In this document: positions 50,411 to 63,274 of the stretch, in pieces
Layout: each line of letters begins with the position of its first letter
Numbering within the stretch: position 1 is the first letter of the stretch
Assembly (NCBI RefSeq): GCF_006345805.1
Contig: NC_043008.1
Span: 48,360,001 to 48,424,000 of the forward strand
Source: Octopus sinensis
Taxonomy: Eukaryota
DNA length: 64,000 nt
Direction: 5' to 3'
The notes under the pieces: model-generated
The model's input: only the letters and a program-made list of their open reading frames with translations
Database searches by the model: none
Told to the model about the DNA's origin: nothing
Translations under genes and position numbers: made by a program

Positions 50411-53400
50411 CTAAATGTATAATGCTAATTATTTAGAGCCATAAATGTGTGATTTGTTTGTTTTTCATTTGTAAAACTAAGTCCTTTGGCTACAGGTGAT
50501 AAAATGGAATGATTGCTCTGCTGCCAAAAGCTACTGAGCCAGAAACACCTGTCCCAGAATGTCCCCTAATCTCCAGTCAATAAACTGTCCTCTTCCTTAA
50601 CAGAATGTCAATGTGAGAGAATTCTTGATTCTTGAGATTGCCTTCCTTTCTCAAGTGGAACTGGTCTTAATTGCTATCTGCTAATTAAGACACATCCTCT
50701 GAGGCAAAAAGAATTTCAATAAATCAAGAATTTATGTTGTATGATATTTGATATACCAGTATTTGTGTATATAACTATTTATCTATCTTGACAGACAGAG
50801 AAACTAAATAAAAAAAACAGTTATTAATAGTAAGTAATTGAAAACTAGTTATCGCCTGAAATCAACTGAGGCCTGTGTAGTTTTAGGAGTGACCGAGCTT
50901 ATTGCATGTCCTAAACCAAGTATAATAAAAACAGTGCACAATATTAAATTAAAGACAGTGGGGTGAGGGCACTAATTGATACCTGTAGAGGCTAGAAGAA
51001 AAATATATTATAAGACATGGCAAAATAATTAGAGGCCTGCAGTAAATAAAATATAATTAAGTAGAGTGATGTCGATGAAGTGAGGAGGACAGCTAGTACA
51101 GAGAAGGGACAACATGGGCATGGATGATGAAAGTGTTGTAAGAGTGATTGCTTAGCCTGCAGATAGCTAATTAACCAAATATTTCAGCTGGCTACTTCCT
51201 TCAGCAAAGAGGAGAGAGAGAGAATATTAATTTTTACATAATAGTAAATAAATATAGGAGTTGACGAGTTATACATGTGATAGGGAGGTTGAACTAGAGT
51301 AATAGACGTTTGTATTGAGACTGGTTGGATGTATTTAAATTAGGATCGGTTATTAATAGAGCCTGGCTGTTGAGCAGGCTGCCTTTGTCGGATTGAAAAT
51401 AAGATTACTAAATGGGAAAGACAAAAAAGAAAAGACAACGAGAAAGAGACAAAAGGTTTGCCAGGGAGGTCAAAAAGCTTGGTAAGTAAAAGAGAGAAAA
51501 ATACTAATTATTATTAGACGCAGATTACCCATGCAAGCCAGCTGGATGGCTGCAGAGTGAAGGACGTGGTTTGATCATCACATCAATACTACCAACATCT
51601 ATTTATGAAAATAAACTGGCAACAAAGCAGAGTGCTGAGAAAGGTCTGCCAAGTGAAGGTAGAAACAAATAAGAGAAAGGTGAACCAAGTGAACCTTTTA
51701 AAGTGCTTTGGTCATAAAAGAAAAAGAGAGAGAGAGGCTTGAATGTAGCTTAAACACTTAAGCAGTATTGGGGGGTTGGGGAGAGTAAGAGGAGGAGGAG
51801 GGAGGGAGAGAGAGAGAGAGAGGAGAGTGTAATGAGGAGATGACAACAACAGCAAACACGACCAGTTACACACATGTAAACCTGTTAAGTCCACAGGTAA
51901 ATAATAATAAGCAGCAGCAGCCAGGTTGTGAACTTGTGACTCACACCAACTGTGGTAACAATTCACATTTATAAGATAAAGGAAAAGACAATAAAAAGAA
52001 TTAAACAGTCTCTACCATTAAATCAAAACCAAAACAGATTCTGCTGTCAACAAAGACTGCTCTGGGTGTACAAGGGCCATGTTGTGATATGGCAAAGTAT
52101 AAAGGATTCACTTGTTGGAGAAATTGTTCACAAAATACAACAGCTGACTTGTGAAAGCTGGGATTCAGATTAGGAAATTATTGGAAATGCAGAAATAGAG
52201 TGAGAAAAGTATTAAATAATACAGAACAAGAGAACAAAGAAAAATATTAAATAGATTAATAATGGAGTGAGAAATAAGAAGGCAGAAGATGACCATTGAT
52301 CCATTTGTAACAGCATAAAACTAGAAATGAATTGATATACAAGGAAAAGTAGGGAGCATATCAACCAAATATGTTTTTGCTGTAAAAACAATTAATTACA
52401 ACTCTACTAAACAAATTAATAAATGAAGGTAAAAAGATTTAAAAAAGTATTTGTTATCCAACCTGAGAATCTCTCAGATTAACAATTTCATTCTTGAATG
52501 AAAAACTAGATTTTTTTTTAAATTTGTAAAAAAAAGCTATTTAAATGCTTCAGTAAATAATGTTATTGAATGTATGGTGTTGTGGTGTTGGGGCGGTTTT
52601 CCTAAGCTTGCTAGGATGCCAGAATCTACCACACAATTTTAATTTCAAAACTGTAAACCAGTTCTGCTTATGCAGGATATTAAAACAGGAAGGGCATAAA
52701 GTAAACTTTGCAGTGACTTGACAATTTCAGGCAGTAACCTCCTAAAATGGTTGGCTCTGAGAGGGATTTCAGATTGGCATTGGCATTGAAATATTGCAGA
52801 CAGAGTTACTTCACAAACCTTGCCATGTTCCTGAAATATGATAGCTACTAATCTGAAACTCGACAAATATGGTGGGTGTTATAAGCAGATAATGATTCCC
52901 AGCTAGTGTCAATATACTTTGATAATTTATTTTCCCCTTCAATTCATGCTGTGCCCAGTCTCTGGGAAACACACTAAGTATGAATGGCTCACTGCACAGA
53001 GCTGTAATGATCTACCATGGGAAGTTTATAGTTCTGTCATTTATTTTACCAGCAATTTTCTTAGAATGTAGTATTAAACACAAATACTCTTCATACTCAG
53101 TATGTATCTCTCTTGAATAATCCCTACATCATGATGATGATGATGATGCCGTGTAGTTCCACATCAGCCCAGATTAAATAGACAAGGCATTGCTGCCTTC
53201 TCTTCTCACAAACACACAAAGGACAACATTATTTCCAATCTCTTTCCTTTCTTTCTAAGATGGCAGAGGTTGAGAGAGAGATTTAGCTAACCAATCCTTC
53301 CTTCTCGGGCCCAACGCTCTTCTAAAATTCCCTTCAGTAGTCATAGTTCCTTCCTCTTGATCAAACCATTGTAAATGTTCCATCATTATCTTTGTGATTC

Positions 53401-54343
53401 TTCAAAGACATGACAGCAGACCGTGGCACATTACTGTCTCCCCTTCAACTTCATGCTAAAATAGATTTACCACTATAAAATAGACTCAGCTTTAAATCTA
53501 ATTGGTTCAACAGCATGCAGATTTATAGATTTAAGGAAACTATCAAACTTGGTTCTTCATGGAATATATATAGTAATAGGTAAGCATGATCCAGGGATCC
53601 AAGTGTCGGAAGTTAGTAAGCTTCAAGTATTTATACCATTCCATGGCTGTAGGGCCTTCATCTGGGATGTCACCTGTTGTGACCTCCAGCATTCTTGGTC
53701 CTTGGACCATTTCCCTGTTCACCACTAGCAGGAGCAGAAATTGCTGTCTGCAAGTGTGAGCCTCACAAGTCAGAGTGGCTACTCCAGCACACTTCCCTTG
53801 CTATCATCTGGGGCAATGCCTCTTCCATTTTGTCTGCTAGTGCCATGAAAAATGTTTCTGTATTGTGAGAGCAAGATCTTTCATATTTCAGTAATACAAC
53901 ATCTCTATTACTTAAACTTAAGATAATGAAAGTCACCTAAGATAATGAAAGTTTTTCACCTGTTCCATTCCTTTCTTTTTAGACACACACACAACTTGAG
54001 AGAAGAGTGTTGTTTGTGCATGTGCCTAAATAACACTAGTTGAACAGGTCTATAAATTTGCATGTGTTCCCAGGGTAGCGTTTCTCAACCAGTCAGTCCA
54101 CATTTACAATAAACCAGTCACATCATTAAACTTATACTTTCCCTTCATTATACCTCAAACAAAATTCAATAAAAACAAATGCTTTTTTTATTCTTTTCAT
54201 TACCCAGACAAAGAATTTCCTTCACATTTCAATATCAATGGTATTTATTTTTAAAAAACTAAAACTGACCTAACTCCAAAACCATTAGAAACATCTTTTT
54301 GTGTCTATTGGAAAGTTTTCTAATCATATTCAAGAAACAAATT

Positions 54344-54571
54344 TTAATCCTTTGTTACCATATTTTTGTTGGAATACATTGCTTTTGTTTCACTAAATTT
54401 TGAAAATGAAGAAGAATTTAATAAAATAGATTTATCCTTATTAAGCTGATGTCTGGAGCATAAATTAACGTGAAATTTTTATGAAATGTTTTCATTTAGA
54501 TCACTTGAAACATGGAGTGTATGTCATAGAACCAGGGACAGTCTCAGACAGGTTGGTATCAAAAAGGTTAA
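54344..54571. mobile_element. piggyBac-type MITE
   Basis: TTAA-TCCTTTGTTACCA ... TTGGTATCAAAAAGG-TTAA. Related fragments lie near 770-965, 36990-37165, 55080-55235 and 61618-61710. Confidence 0.7.
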
Positions 54572-55235
54572 GAAGGAAATGTGCATGTACATTTGTGGGG
54601 CTGTATATGCATGAGTGTGGTGGGGGGAGAGAAGACGCGCATGCATGCATGTGCAGAAATAAACCATCAAATGGACAAAGATTGGACTGATTGAAATATA
54701 GTGTAAAGTATAGGATTGTTTTCCGTATTTAATTAATTAATTAACCTCCAAGGCTGAGTCCCCTGCCACATTTAGTAATTTAGATAATGACTTTCTTATT
54801 CCTAAGAGTAAAGATTTTAATTAACTAAGGACTTATTACAATTATGCCAGTGTCAACACCAAAAGTGAAGAACATACTGTTTAGGATAAAAAATAGGAGA
54901 ATGAAACAATTCCATTTTTATAAATTTTGGTTTTTATGAGAATAACTTTTTATTCTTTCACTCCAGCCCTGATTCTAAGTTTCAAAATTACCCCAAATCT
55001 ACCCAAATTAACCCGATGTCAACAGGCAAAAATTTCAACATAATTTTGGGTAAGAACTCTTTTGATATCAACCTGTCCAAGACTACCCACAGGTTCTATG
55101 GACCAAACTTTCAGCTTTAAAGAGATCCGAATTAAAACTTCCAATAAAAGTTCATTTTTATGTTGCTGTTTGGAACATAAATTATTTCAGTAAATTCTTC
55201 ATTATTTTCAAAACTATCCAAAACAAAAGCAGTCC

Positions 55236-55360
55236 AGTTCTATATTTAAGAGATGAGGAATTATTTACATTATTTACATTTGATGGATATTTGTCCTCAT
55301 CTTGTTTGTTGTTAACACAAAATTCGGCTGATATACCCTCCAGCCTTCATCAGGTGTCTA
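55236..55360 (-). mobile_element. Penelope-like terminal fragment with decayed hammerhead motif
   Basis: Minus strand: GACAC-CTGATGA-A-GGCTG-GAGGGTATAT-CAGCC-GAAT-TTT-GTGTT. CUGAUGA and stem II are intact; GAAA and stem III are damaged. Confidence 0.55.
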
Positions 55361-55409
55361 ATAATAATGCTACTTTTCTCAACAATAAAGATTAGCCTTG
55401 ACACAATGA

Positions 55410-55835
55410 GGGAGCCTTTATATGGTCACTCCACCTCCTAGAAATAACAGTCGAATCTCCCTTAAATCATATCTTACCATCTTAAAAAGATGAGAATACA
55501 GCAGACAGTACAGTTGTAAATATACAAAAAGATGTGACTGTCATGGATGGAACTTCATTGATCATAAGTCTGCTCAATTAGGACTCACCTAGGGCTAAAC
55601 AACAACACAGTATAGCCACTTGTTGCTTTATGATAAGTACACATTTCCACAATCATTCAATCTGCTGGAAAGAACAACCAGATGTCCCTCAAATAGCACC
55701 ATTCGTTTTAAATAAAAGATATTAAATAATGTAGTCCTAGATAGACTATGCCTGAGCAAAAAAGATGAATTGAGGCTGGAATGTCTTCATCTATAAGTAG
55801 GTACCCTCAGACCTTACCTAGGGCTAAATAAAAAC
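55410..55835 (+). mobile_element. Two tandem copies of interspersed repeat family E (CTAGAAATAGCAGCCAAATCTCCC...GGGCTAAACAACAAC)
   Basis: The same motifs occur at about 630-690, 1005-1160, 13385-13590 (-), 38790-38990 and 57100-57385. Class unknown, probably SINE-like. Confidence 0.55.
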
Positions 55836-56599
55836 CATAATTAGACATGATCTACATGAAAAAATGAAGAACACCAAACAACTTTAGCTACGTCAGAGAA
55901 CTAAGAGCGGGGAATATATTACAAGAATGCTAATCTTCTAAATCAGAGATGTAATATTTTCACCCTAAAATGGATAAACACAATTATTCTTCCATATATT
56001 TATCTGTGTCAGGACAACGCAAAAGAAAGAGATAACTTCAATGGTCTTATATTACATATACCTTCATCAAAAAAGCCAACTTTGAATAAATTTGCAAATT
56101 CATTAATCAAAGTTAAATTAGTAAGATATTAAAAAAAAAAAAATGAAGAACACCAAAACTAACCTTTTTAAATTTGCTGAAGGCACTGGGTGGGTATTCT
56201 CTACTTAGGGAATAATATCGCCTTAGAGTTTCCATCATGAGAAGTTAGGATAAGCAAGAAAATTAAATTCAACCAAAGACTTTCATCTGAATCCCATCCA
56301 AGTTAATTTTTCATTCAAGAACTTTAAGAAGATAGAGAAGCCAATGAGGTCTGTGAGTGTCAGAATGGTCATTAAAACTAAGAAATATCAACTGCAGCAA
56401 CAGTCACCACACCATGGGGGGGGGGCTTATTTATTTGTTTATATCTCAGCCAATGGAGAGGAAGTTTAACAAAATGAAGGTTAATTTCTTGAAAGCAGGA
56501 TGTGATGTGAGAAATAATCTACACAGCACTCATTATCTGCTGCTAAAGAAAAGGAAATGTCAAAGACGTGACAAGTTGATTTATAATTCAGTAACTCAC

Positions 56600-56824
56600 C
56601 TTCTTAATCTTTCCGATAGTTCCTTGAGGTATTTCTTTCTTGTAATATTTCTTAAATCTACGCATTTCAGGCTTTGTCATGCCGACATTGATAAGATCTT
56701 CGTCTCGGACATATTTTAAGTGGGCCAGACTGGATATTTTCAGCTCATTCTTCAGAGCACTGTAATAGTGTTCAAGTTCAGCATCAATCAGAAAACCATA
56801 AAGTTCTTTGTTTAAAGCTGCCAT
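56600..56824 (-). CDS. Ack-like: First coding exon (SAM domain) of Ack-like/PR2 non-receptor tyrosine kinase (ACK/TNK2 family)
   Basis: Translation MAALNKELYGFLIDAELEHYYSALKNELKISSLAHLKYVRDEDLINVGMTKPEMRRFKKYYKKEIPQGTIGKIKK matches the remembered ACK/PR2 N-terminal SAM pattern (LYxFLxxAELxxYY...LK...KY..DEDL..IG.+KPE.RR). Start context is CACC-ATG-G. The exon ends after 75 codons at AAG|GTGAGT (phase 0). Confidence 0.88.
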
Positions 56825-56907
56825 GGTGAGCTGTTGATGTGGCCACCACTACTGCTGCTCTCTCACACTTGATTTATTAAAGTTTGGTTTACAAACTCAT
56901 TGGTAGT
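56825..56907 (-). other. 5'UTR part of the SAM exon with upstream splice acceptor
   Basis: Minus strand reads CCATTTTCCCATTCTACTTGCAG|ACTACC..., a pyrimidine tract plus CAG acceptor 83 nt upstream of the ATG. This implies a further non-coding exon at higher coordinates. Confidence 0.65.
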
Positions 56908-57268
56908 CTGCAAGTAGAATGGGAAAATGGCCTTCATTAATGGAAAACATTTCACTTTAAATAAAATGTTAAGATTTAATCTTACATTTCAAACTTCTCT
57001 TAAAATATATGCAAAATAAAGAAACAATAAATTAGAGAAAAATCAGCCAAGATTTACTAAATTAATGAAGCAATTTCTTTCTCCATTATTTTCTACCAAG
57101 TTTATATTTACTGGTCTGATATGAATCATTCCAACATGAAAGGAGACTAGACCCTCTTTTCTGACAGGTACATCAAAAGCAGTTACTGCAATAAAAGTGT
57201 GTAAATTCTAAAGTCTACAAAGCTATTCCTACCATTTTTATGAAGGAATATCACATTGGATAATGTAG

Positions 57269-57321
<53 letters not shown>

Positions 57322-58127
57322 TGGGATGGTTATGACAGAACATCTTTGATCATAAGGTTACTGTAGACTCGGGGTTAAACAACAACCTTTCAGTGACTCC
57401 TATTTCAGCTAAAAACAAAAACAAAACTGAATCCAAAGAAACTAATGGTGGTCTGTGTCTACAAAAGTTATTTTTATTGGTAAAATAGTTTTTTTTAAGT
57501 TCATTGGTCTTTGGTACACAAATTTCTTGAAGTTTTCACAGGAATTTGAGACAGACAGACAGACAGACAGGCAGGCAAGCAGGCAGAGACAGGCAGACAG
57601 AGTTTTATGTCCTAGTTCCTTTTCCATCATTGAAGAAAGACTCAGTTGAAAAGTGAGGAAATTCTTCTTGCAACGGTAAAAAACTCAAAAAAACTCTGTA
57701 ATTGACTTATATTTCAACTGATCTAATTTTTTGTAATACCAGACATTTGCTTCCAAAACATCTTTCAAAACTGAAAAATTTTTACAAATTGAGTCAACTT
57801 TCTTCCAAAATTAATTTCTCTCGTTAATCATCAGCATCACCATTCATTTTCTCACCTCTGTATCAAGTAGATGTGTCTAGCTGGATGAGTGAAAACCAGC
57901 CATCTTAGCCACCCAACCTCTATTCAACTCTCCTTCACACTTCAATGTTTAAAAGAAAAATAATAAAAGCAGAACCCGATGAGGGTATCTATTCATGTTC
58001 AATGGTCCTTTATAAACAAACCACAGTCACGGAAAATGGAGATTCCAAACTCACTCACTCACATACACACACGTTTAGGCTTGTCTTTTTTTACACATCT
58101 GCTTTCGCTCATTAGCACGGGTTAAAT

Positions 58128-58287
58128 CAGGGGTTCCCAAACTTTCTAGACCATCAACCCCTTCCTGGAATCCTTGACCCCTCATCAACCCTCAGGCATG
58201 TACAAAAAATAAATAATAATAATAATTAAGTTTCCAGGCATTTATCAACCCCTTGAATGGTCCCATCAACCACTTTGGAAGCCCCTG
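58128..58287. mobile_element. hAT (Charlie-like) MITE
   Basis: TIRs CAGGGGTTCCCAAA / TTTGGAAGCCCCTG. Perfect 8-bp TSD GGTTAAAT at 58120-58127 and 58288-58295. Confidence 0.88.
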
Positions 58288-58557
58288 GGTTAAATGAATA
58301 CATACTGCTGAAGCCCTGTTTTACTGCTAGAGGCCCTACATTGAGTCACCTCACTTTCTACAATATTCTCTCAATCAGATCTTCTGATGGACCTCACTAG
58401 TGCTGGTAACACAAAAAAAGGGACCCAGCACACCAAGGAATGGTTGGCATTAGGAAGGGCTTCCAGCTAAAAAAAACTGAGACACAGGAGCAAGATCTGG
58501 CCTCTGATCCATTGAATCTGTCAAACTGCTCAACTATGCGAGCACAGAAAGCAGGAG

Positions 58558-58559
<2 letters not shown>

Positions 58560-58597
<38 letters not shown>

Positions 58598-59072
58598 TTG
58601 AGTGATGTTTCTCTGTCCATTATGTTATTATGTTCATTAACTCCTCCACGACTGCTGGTGCAAGGACAACAAATCTCAAACTAGCAACTCCCCTAATCCC
58701 AGGGAATGTCCTAAGAGGCTCTATTTTTTTAAGGGCTGCCTAATTGGGGCCCTACTAACCCCGTTATTTTTACTGCATTTTAAACTAAATATATGGCAAA
58801 TCAGAGTAATGACAATGAATTTCATACCATGAACTCCTGGGGATTATTGTAAAGAGGTTCAATTTCTGAAGGGCCACTTAAATGGGGCCCCCACTGACCC
58901 CTACCTTATTTTTATTGCATTTACCTCACTCCAATGCTTATTGATTAAACCATGATCAGCATCAGTGCTTGGCACATTTGCAGAAATAAGTTTCCTTACC
59001 CAAGGGTACAGGGTGGGAAAGCGGCCTGATAGTGGTGTCAAAGGCCTCAAAGGCGCCCTCTGCAGGAGCTAG
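58560..59072 (+). mobile_element. Helitron/Helentron-like non-autonomous element with internal ~140-bp duplication
   Basis: Begins in (TA)nAA and ends GGCGCCCTCTGCAGGAGCTAG. The GGGGCCC..ACT.ACCCC...TTATTTTTA.TGCATTT block occurs at about 58745 and 58883. Confidence 0.4.
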
Positions 59073-60394
59073 CCTGAATGCCCCACTGTAACTTAGTGGT
59101 TCAGCATAAGAGAACCAATAGAATAAGTGCTAGTCTTAAAAAAAATAAGTACTGCAGTCGTATTCTTCAAGGTGGTACCCTTGCATGGCCACAATATAAT
59201 GACAGAAACAAGTAAAAGATAAGTTATATCTTTATGTTGACAAGCTTTAACGATTCTTTATAAACAACTGAGAGGAAAATAGATTCTAAGTTAGTGACCT
59301 AAATTGAGTTTCTGGGAAAGGCATGAAAGTTACAGTTCCTTGCTATGCCTCTTTAGTAATTCTGTTCCTAATCAAAACTAAAATTATCCTGATTACAACT
59401 ACAAGCCAGTGAAGTGTCACTGTACTGTTAGTCTCCATGTGAAAGAGTAGCATACATTCTACCATTTATCATGTAACACCACAGTTTCCTGATCCTTTTA
59501 TCCCTATTTTAATAATTCTGTTAGACCCCTAAGTTAAAAGAAAGAGAACCTGACTAAATGTGTTGAATATAATTTGTTTCAATAATATTAGGCATTATTG
59601 GACCTTTCATCATTGCCCGTTAATATATTTATTGGGGTTGATGTAATCCATTTTAATTTTCCACTTCAAAAATTTGCTCCCATACTTTATTAAGAGACTA
59701 ATATTAAGATATGTAACTAATATTAATATTAAATATTTGATACTAAATATTTAATATACACAAACCTTTAAAACTGGTTTTCTCTTCCTCTTTACATCTC
59801 GAATCTCAAACCAACAACTCATACAAAACACATTATACAACATGGCTTTACGTTTAACAAGTTCACTTTACAACCATATGGTTCTGGGTTCAATCCTTGA
59901 GAAAGTCTCATCGACCATAGTCTTAGGTAGACCAACATTCCCTGTGTGGGATTTGGTAGATGAAAACTGTGTGGAAACCCAAGTACCTGCACACATGTGT
60001 GCGTACATGTGTGTGTTGTAAAATTTTTCTCTGACATAGATGGGTAAAAGAAGCAGGCATAAGCAAGAAAAGTAAGAAACCAGTGCCTTCAAACTGAAAT
60101 ACCTTGTAGTATTTGTTCTGCCTCAGTTATACAGACACTCTTCTATCATTCTTGCCGAAGTAAATACAGTGCAACCCAGTGGTTGAAATATTGGAAATCC
60201 ACAGGCAATGATGATATTCCTAAGAAAGTATTCTACGAAACAAATTAAATAAGCATCATATCCTATCTTGAACATTATTAACTCCAGTAACCATCATGCA
60301 AGGTATCTAGTTGTCTAACATTGCAACTTAGGAGGGGGGTAAAACAGAAGATTTTTAAAAAAGCCCAAAACTGCTTGAAAATAATTAACTAATG

Positions 60395-60432
<38 letters not shown>

Positions 60433-61204
60433 TACACACACACACAGCAGATGCCATAGATTTGGCATCAAATCCAGAGAAACCTGTAGATGAAGAATTT
60501 TTTCATATTTCTAGGAATACACTTTAGTGTTTTCCAGTGCCATTTCCAGGCCGCTGGGAGGATTTGTGTTAAGAATTCTGTTTATTATATTGTATATGTA
60601 TGTTACAAATGTATTTTAACTATTCTCCAACAAAGAGGTAAGTTATAAAAATAAGAAAATTTTCAGGAGGAAAAAATAAAAAAATATAAAATAATTTGCA
60701 ATGTGGAAAGGGTTTAAAGATGCATCCCTTTTCTTTTTTATTTATTTTAGTGTATCATGTAGCAAATGGATATCATGTAGCAACTATGTATCATGTAGCA
60801 AATAGGCTGGGATTATTTGGTGAGTTCAGTTAAGTGTCAAACTTCCTGCCCTGCATATTTCAGTAATTAAAACAGAAAGGTCTTAGGTTAATTACCTGAG
60901 AGCTTTCACTGACGTTTGACCTTCTAAAAATACTTCAATTAAGTTTTGCTAGACCCAGGAGGTTCATATTATTATCTCTGCAGCTGATTCACACATATAA
61001 AAAGTCATTATCAACAACATCACAAATATAAAAAAAATATAAACTCTTGCCTGTAAAATACAACAGACACTAACAACATTAACCTGGTGACTACCACTAA
61101 GAAATGACAGATTTCAAATTGATTTAGAAATTGTTGTCAGATTTGGTCTGTGGTGGATATTTAGAAAGAAAAAAACTGTCACTCCTTCAATTGCAAAAAT
61201 AAGT

Positions 61205-61505
61205 ATGTCCCAGTTGATTCAATTCAATCAATGGAACAGCCTGCTTGTGAAATTAATGTGCAAGTGGCTGAGCACTCCACAGACACGCATACCTTTAATG
61301 TAGTTCTCATGGAGATTCACTGTGACACAAAGCGTGACAAAGCTGGCTCTTTGAAATACAGGTACAACTCACTTTTGCCAGCTGAGTGAACTGCAGCAAC
61401 ATGAAATAAAGTGTCTTGCTCAAGGCCACAACACACATCACTGGAAATCAAACTCATGACTTTACATGAGTGAAATACCCCAACCACTAAACTACAAGTC
61501 TTCCA
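61205..61505 (-). mobile_element. SINE family D
   Basis: Colinear with 6292-6609 (CAAGTGGCTGAGCACTCCACAGACAC...GCAACATGAAATAAAGTGTCTTGCTCAAGG). Confidence 0.75.
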
Positions 61506-62438
61506 CAAGACATTTAGAATCCCAGAAGTAATCAGCAGCAATGCAAACCCCCACCCCCACCTCCCGAACCAGTCACTTTCGTTTTCCAAATTTCCAAGGC
61601 TTTATTTTACTGATTCATTAACCATTTCATTACCATATTTTTGCTAAAATCCACTGCCTCTGTCTCCATAAATTTTGAGAAAAATGAATTTAGTAGAACA
61701 GCTTTGTCATCCATATATGTATGTATAATATTTTCAGCTCTTCCCAGCCACCACCAAAAGATATCTCCTCCCACAAACTGACAAACTTGTTATCTCAAGA
61801 GATAAGGATTATCACAATTTTCACAAATTTCCTTTTTTCTTTTTCTTGCTTTTTCTTCCCTTTCTTATTCCAACCCTGTTCCTACTCTCTCAGAGAATTG
61901 TTCTGCTGTTATGCTTCCAGTCTACTATAGGGAGTAAAATACAAAAATGGTAAGATTGGCACCAAACAAAAGAGCTTATCACACAAGCCATGTTCCTTGT
62001 GTGTTTGTACGCACACACTGTTAACAGTAGGAGGTTTCTAAAGCCACATACAGCTTCTCATGTGACTTTTGATTAACAATGACCTGTGTTTGTTATTACA
62101 TTTCAAATGAATGCAATAAGTTCTGTAGAACTGAGGTACAGAATAAGTCTGCATATGTCACAGAGAACTAACAGATCATCTACACAGAGACGCCAGTAAT
62201 ATTGCATAAGCATGAGGAAACTACCTCAAAATTATAGATATAAATAGTAATGAACAAATATATATATATTTATATACTGCTTATGTATAGGTTGCCATTT
62301 CACCTTCCATGTCAGCCATCTCTGACGAGTGAATATTATATAACTGGTTTGTTGCCTAACACACCATTATATAATTTCACATGAAACCGATTGGTAAGAC
62401 CAGCCATGATGGATAATTAACACTATCAAATTCAGATA

Positions 62439-62507
<69 letters not shown>

Positions 62508-62510
<3 letters not shown>

Positions 62511-62800
62511 GACACATGGCCTAGTGATAAGAGTGCTGGACTCGTGATTACAAAATCATAGTTTCAATTCCCACCTCTGAGGTGCATTGCGTCTTCTTGA
62601 GCAAAGCACACTTCACTTCACATTGCTCCAGTCCACTCAGCTGCAAATCGGTAACTCTGCAACAAACTAGCATTTCATTGAGGAGTAATGTTGGCCGACA
62701 CATCTAGCCAGCAGGACAGTACCAATCAAAGGTTAAAACAAAGTGAGGAATCACATAGTGACTAGCAGTGTACAATATCTGATAGTCTGGTCAATATAGT
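62508..62800 (+). mobile_element. SINE family D inserted in (TA)n
   Basis: GACACATGGCCTAGTGATAAGAG...CTTGAGCAAAGCAC...TTGCTCCAGTCCACTCAGCTG, flanked by (TA)n at 62440-62507 and 62805-62843. Confidence 0.7.
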
Positions 62801-62844
<44 letters not shown>

Positions 62845-62846
<2 letters not shown>

Positions 62847-63225
62847 CATAGGCATAGCTGTGTGGTTAAGAGGCTTACTCTGTTTTGAGTTCAGTCCCAC
62901 TGAGTGGCACCTTGGACATCACCTTGGGAAAGTGTCTTCTACAGCAGCCCTGGCCTGACCAATGCCTTGTGAATGAATTTGGTAGATGAAAATTGTGTGG
63001 AAGCTTGTCATATATGTGAGTGAGTGTCTTTGTGTTAATCCCTCACTGACTGCTTGGCAACCAATGCTGGTTTGTTTATGTTCCAGTAACTTTCAGCATA
63101 GGAGAGTGATAGAATAAGTATGGAAGTTAAAAGTATGTACAGAGGTGAATTTGTTCAACTAAACCCTTCAAAGCAGTGCCACAGCATGACCACTGTCCAA
63201 AGACTGAAGTAACTAAAAGATAATG
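62845..63225 (+). mobile_element. SINE family B
   Basis: GCTGTGTGGTTAAGAGGCTT...GAGTTCAGTCCCACTG...CACCTTGGGAAAGTGTCTTCT. Tail as in 46535-46945. Confidence 0.75.
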
Positions 63226-63232
63226 AATGTGC

Positions 63233-63274
<42 letters not shown>

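Larger units (their letters stand above)
1..56599 (-). other. Probable very large intron of the Ack-like gene
   Basis: Donor GT at 56598-56599. No kinase-domain motifs (GxGxFG, HRDLAARN, DFG) were seen in the ORF track or by eye. Small exons could have been missed. Confidence 0.55.

Noticed and set aside
53543-53880. Coding-looking GC-balanced segment as a possible kinase exon
   Set aside because: No kinase motifs were found in the frames I read and stops interrupt it. Probably an old TE fragment I cannot classify.
56357-56719. 120-aa plus-strand ORF
   Set aside because: Antisense shadow of the SAM exon with no recognisable features.
60762-60802. Three copies of TATCATGTAGCAA at about 19-bp period
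   Set aside because: Ordinary short tandem duplication with no further structure.
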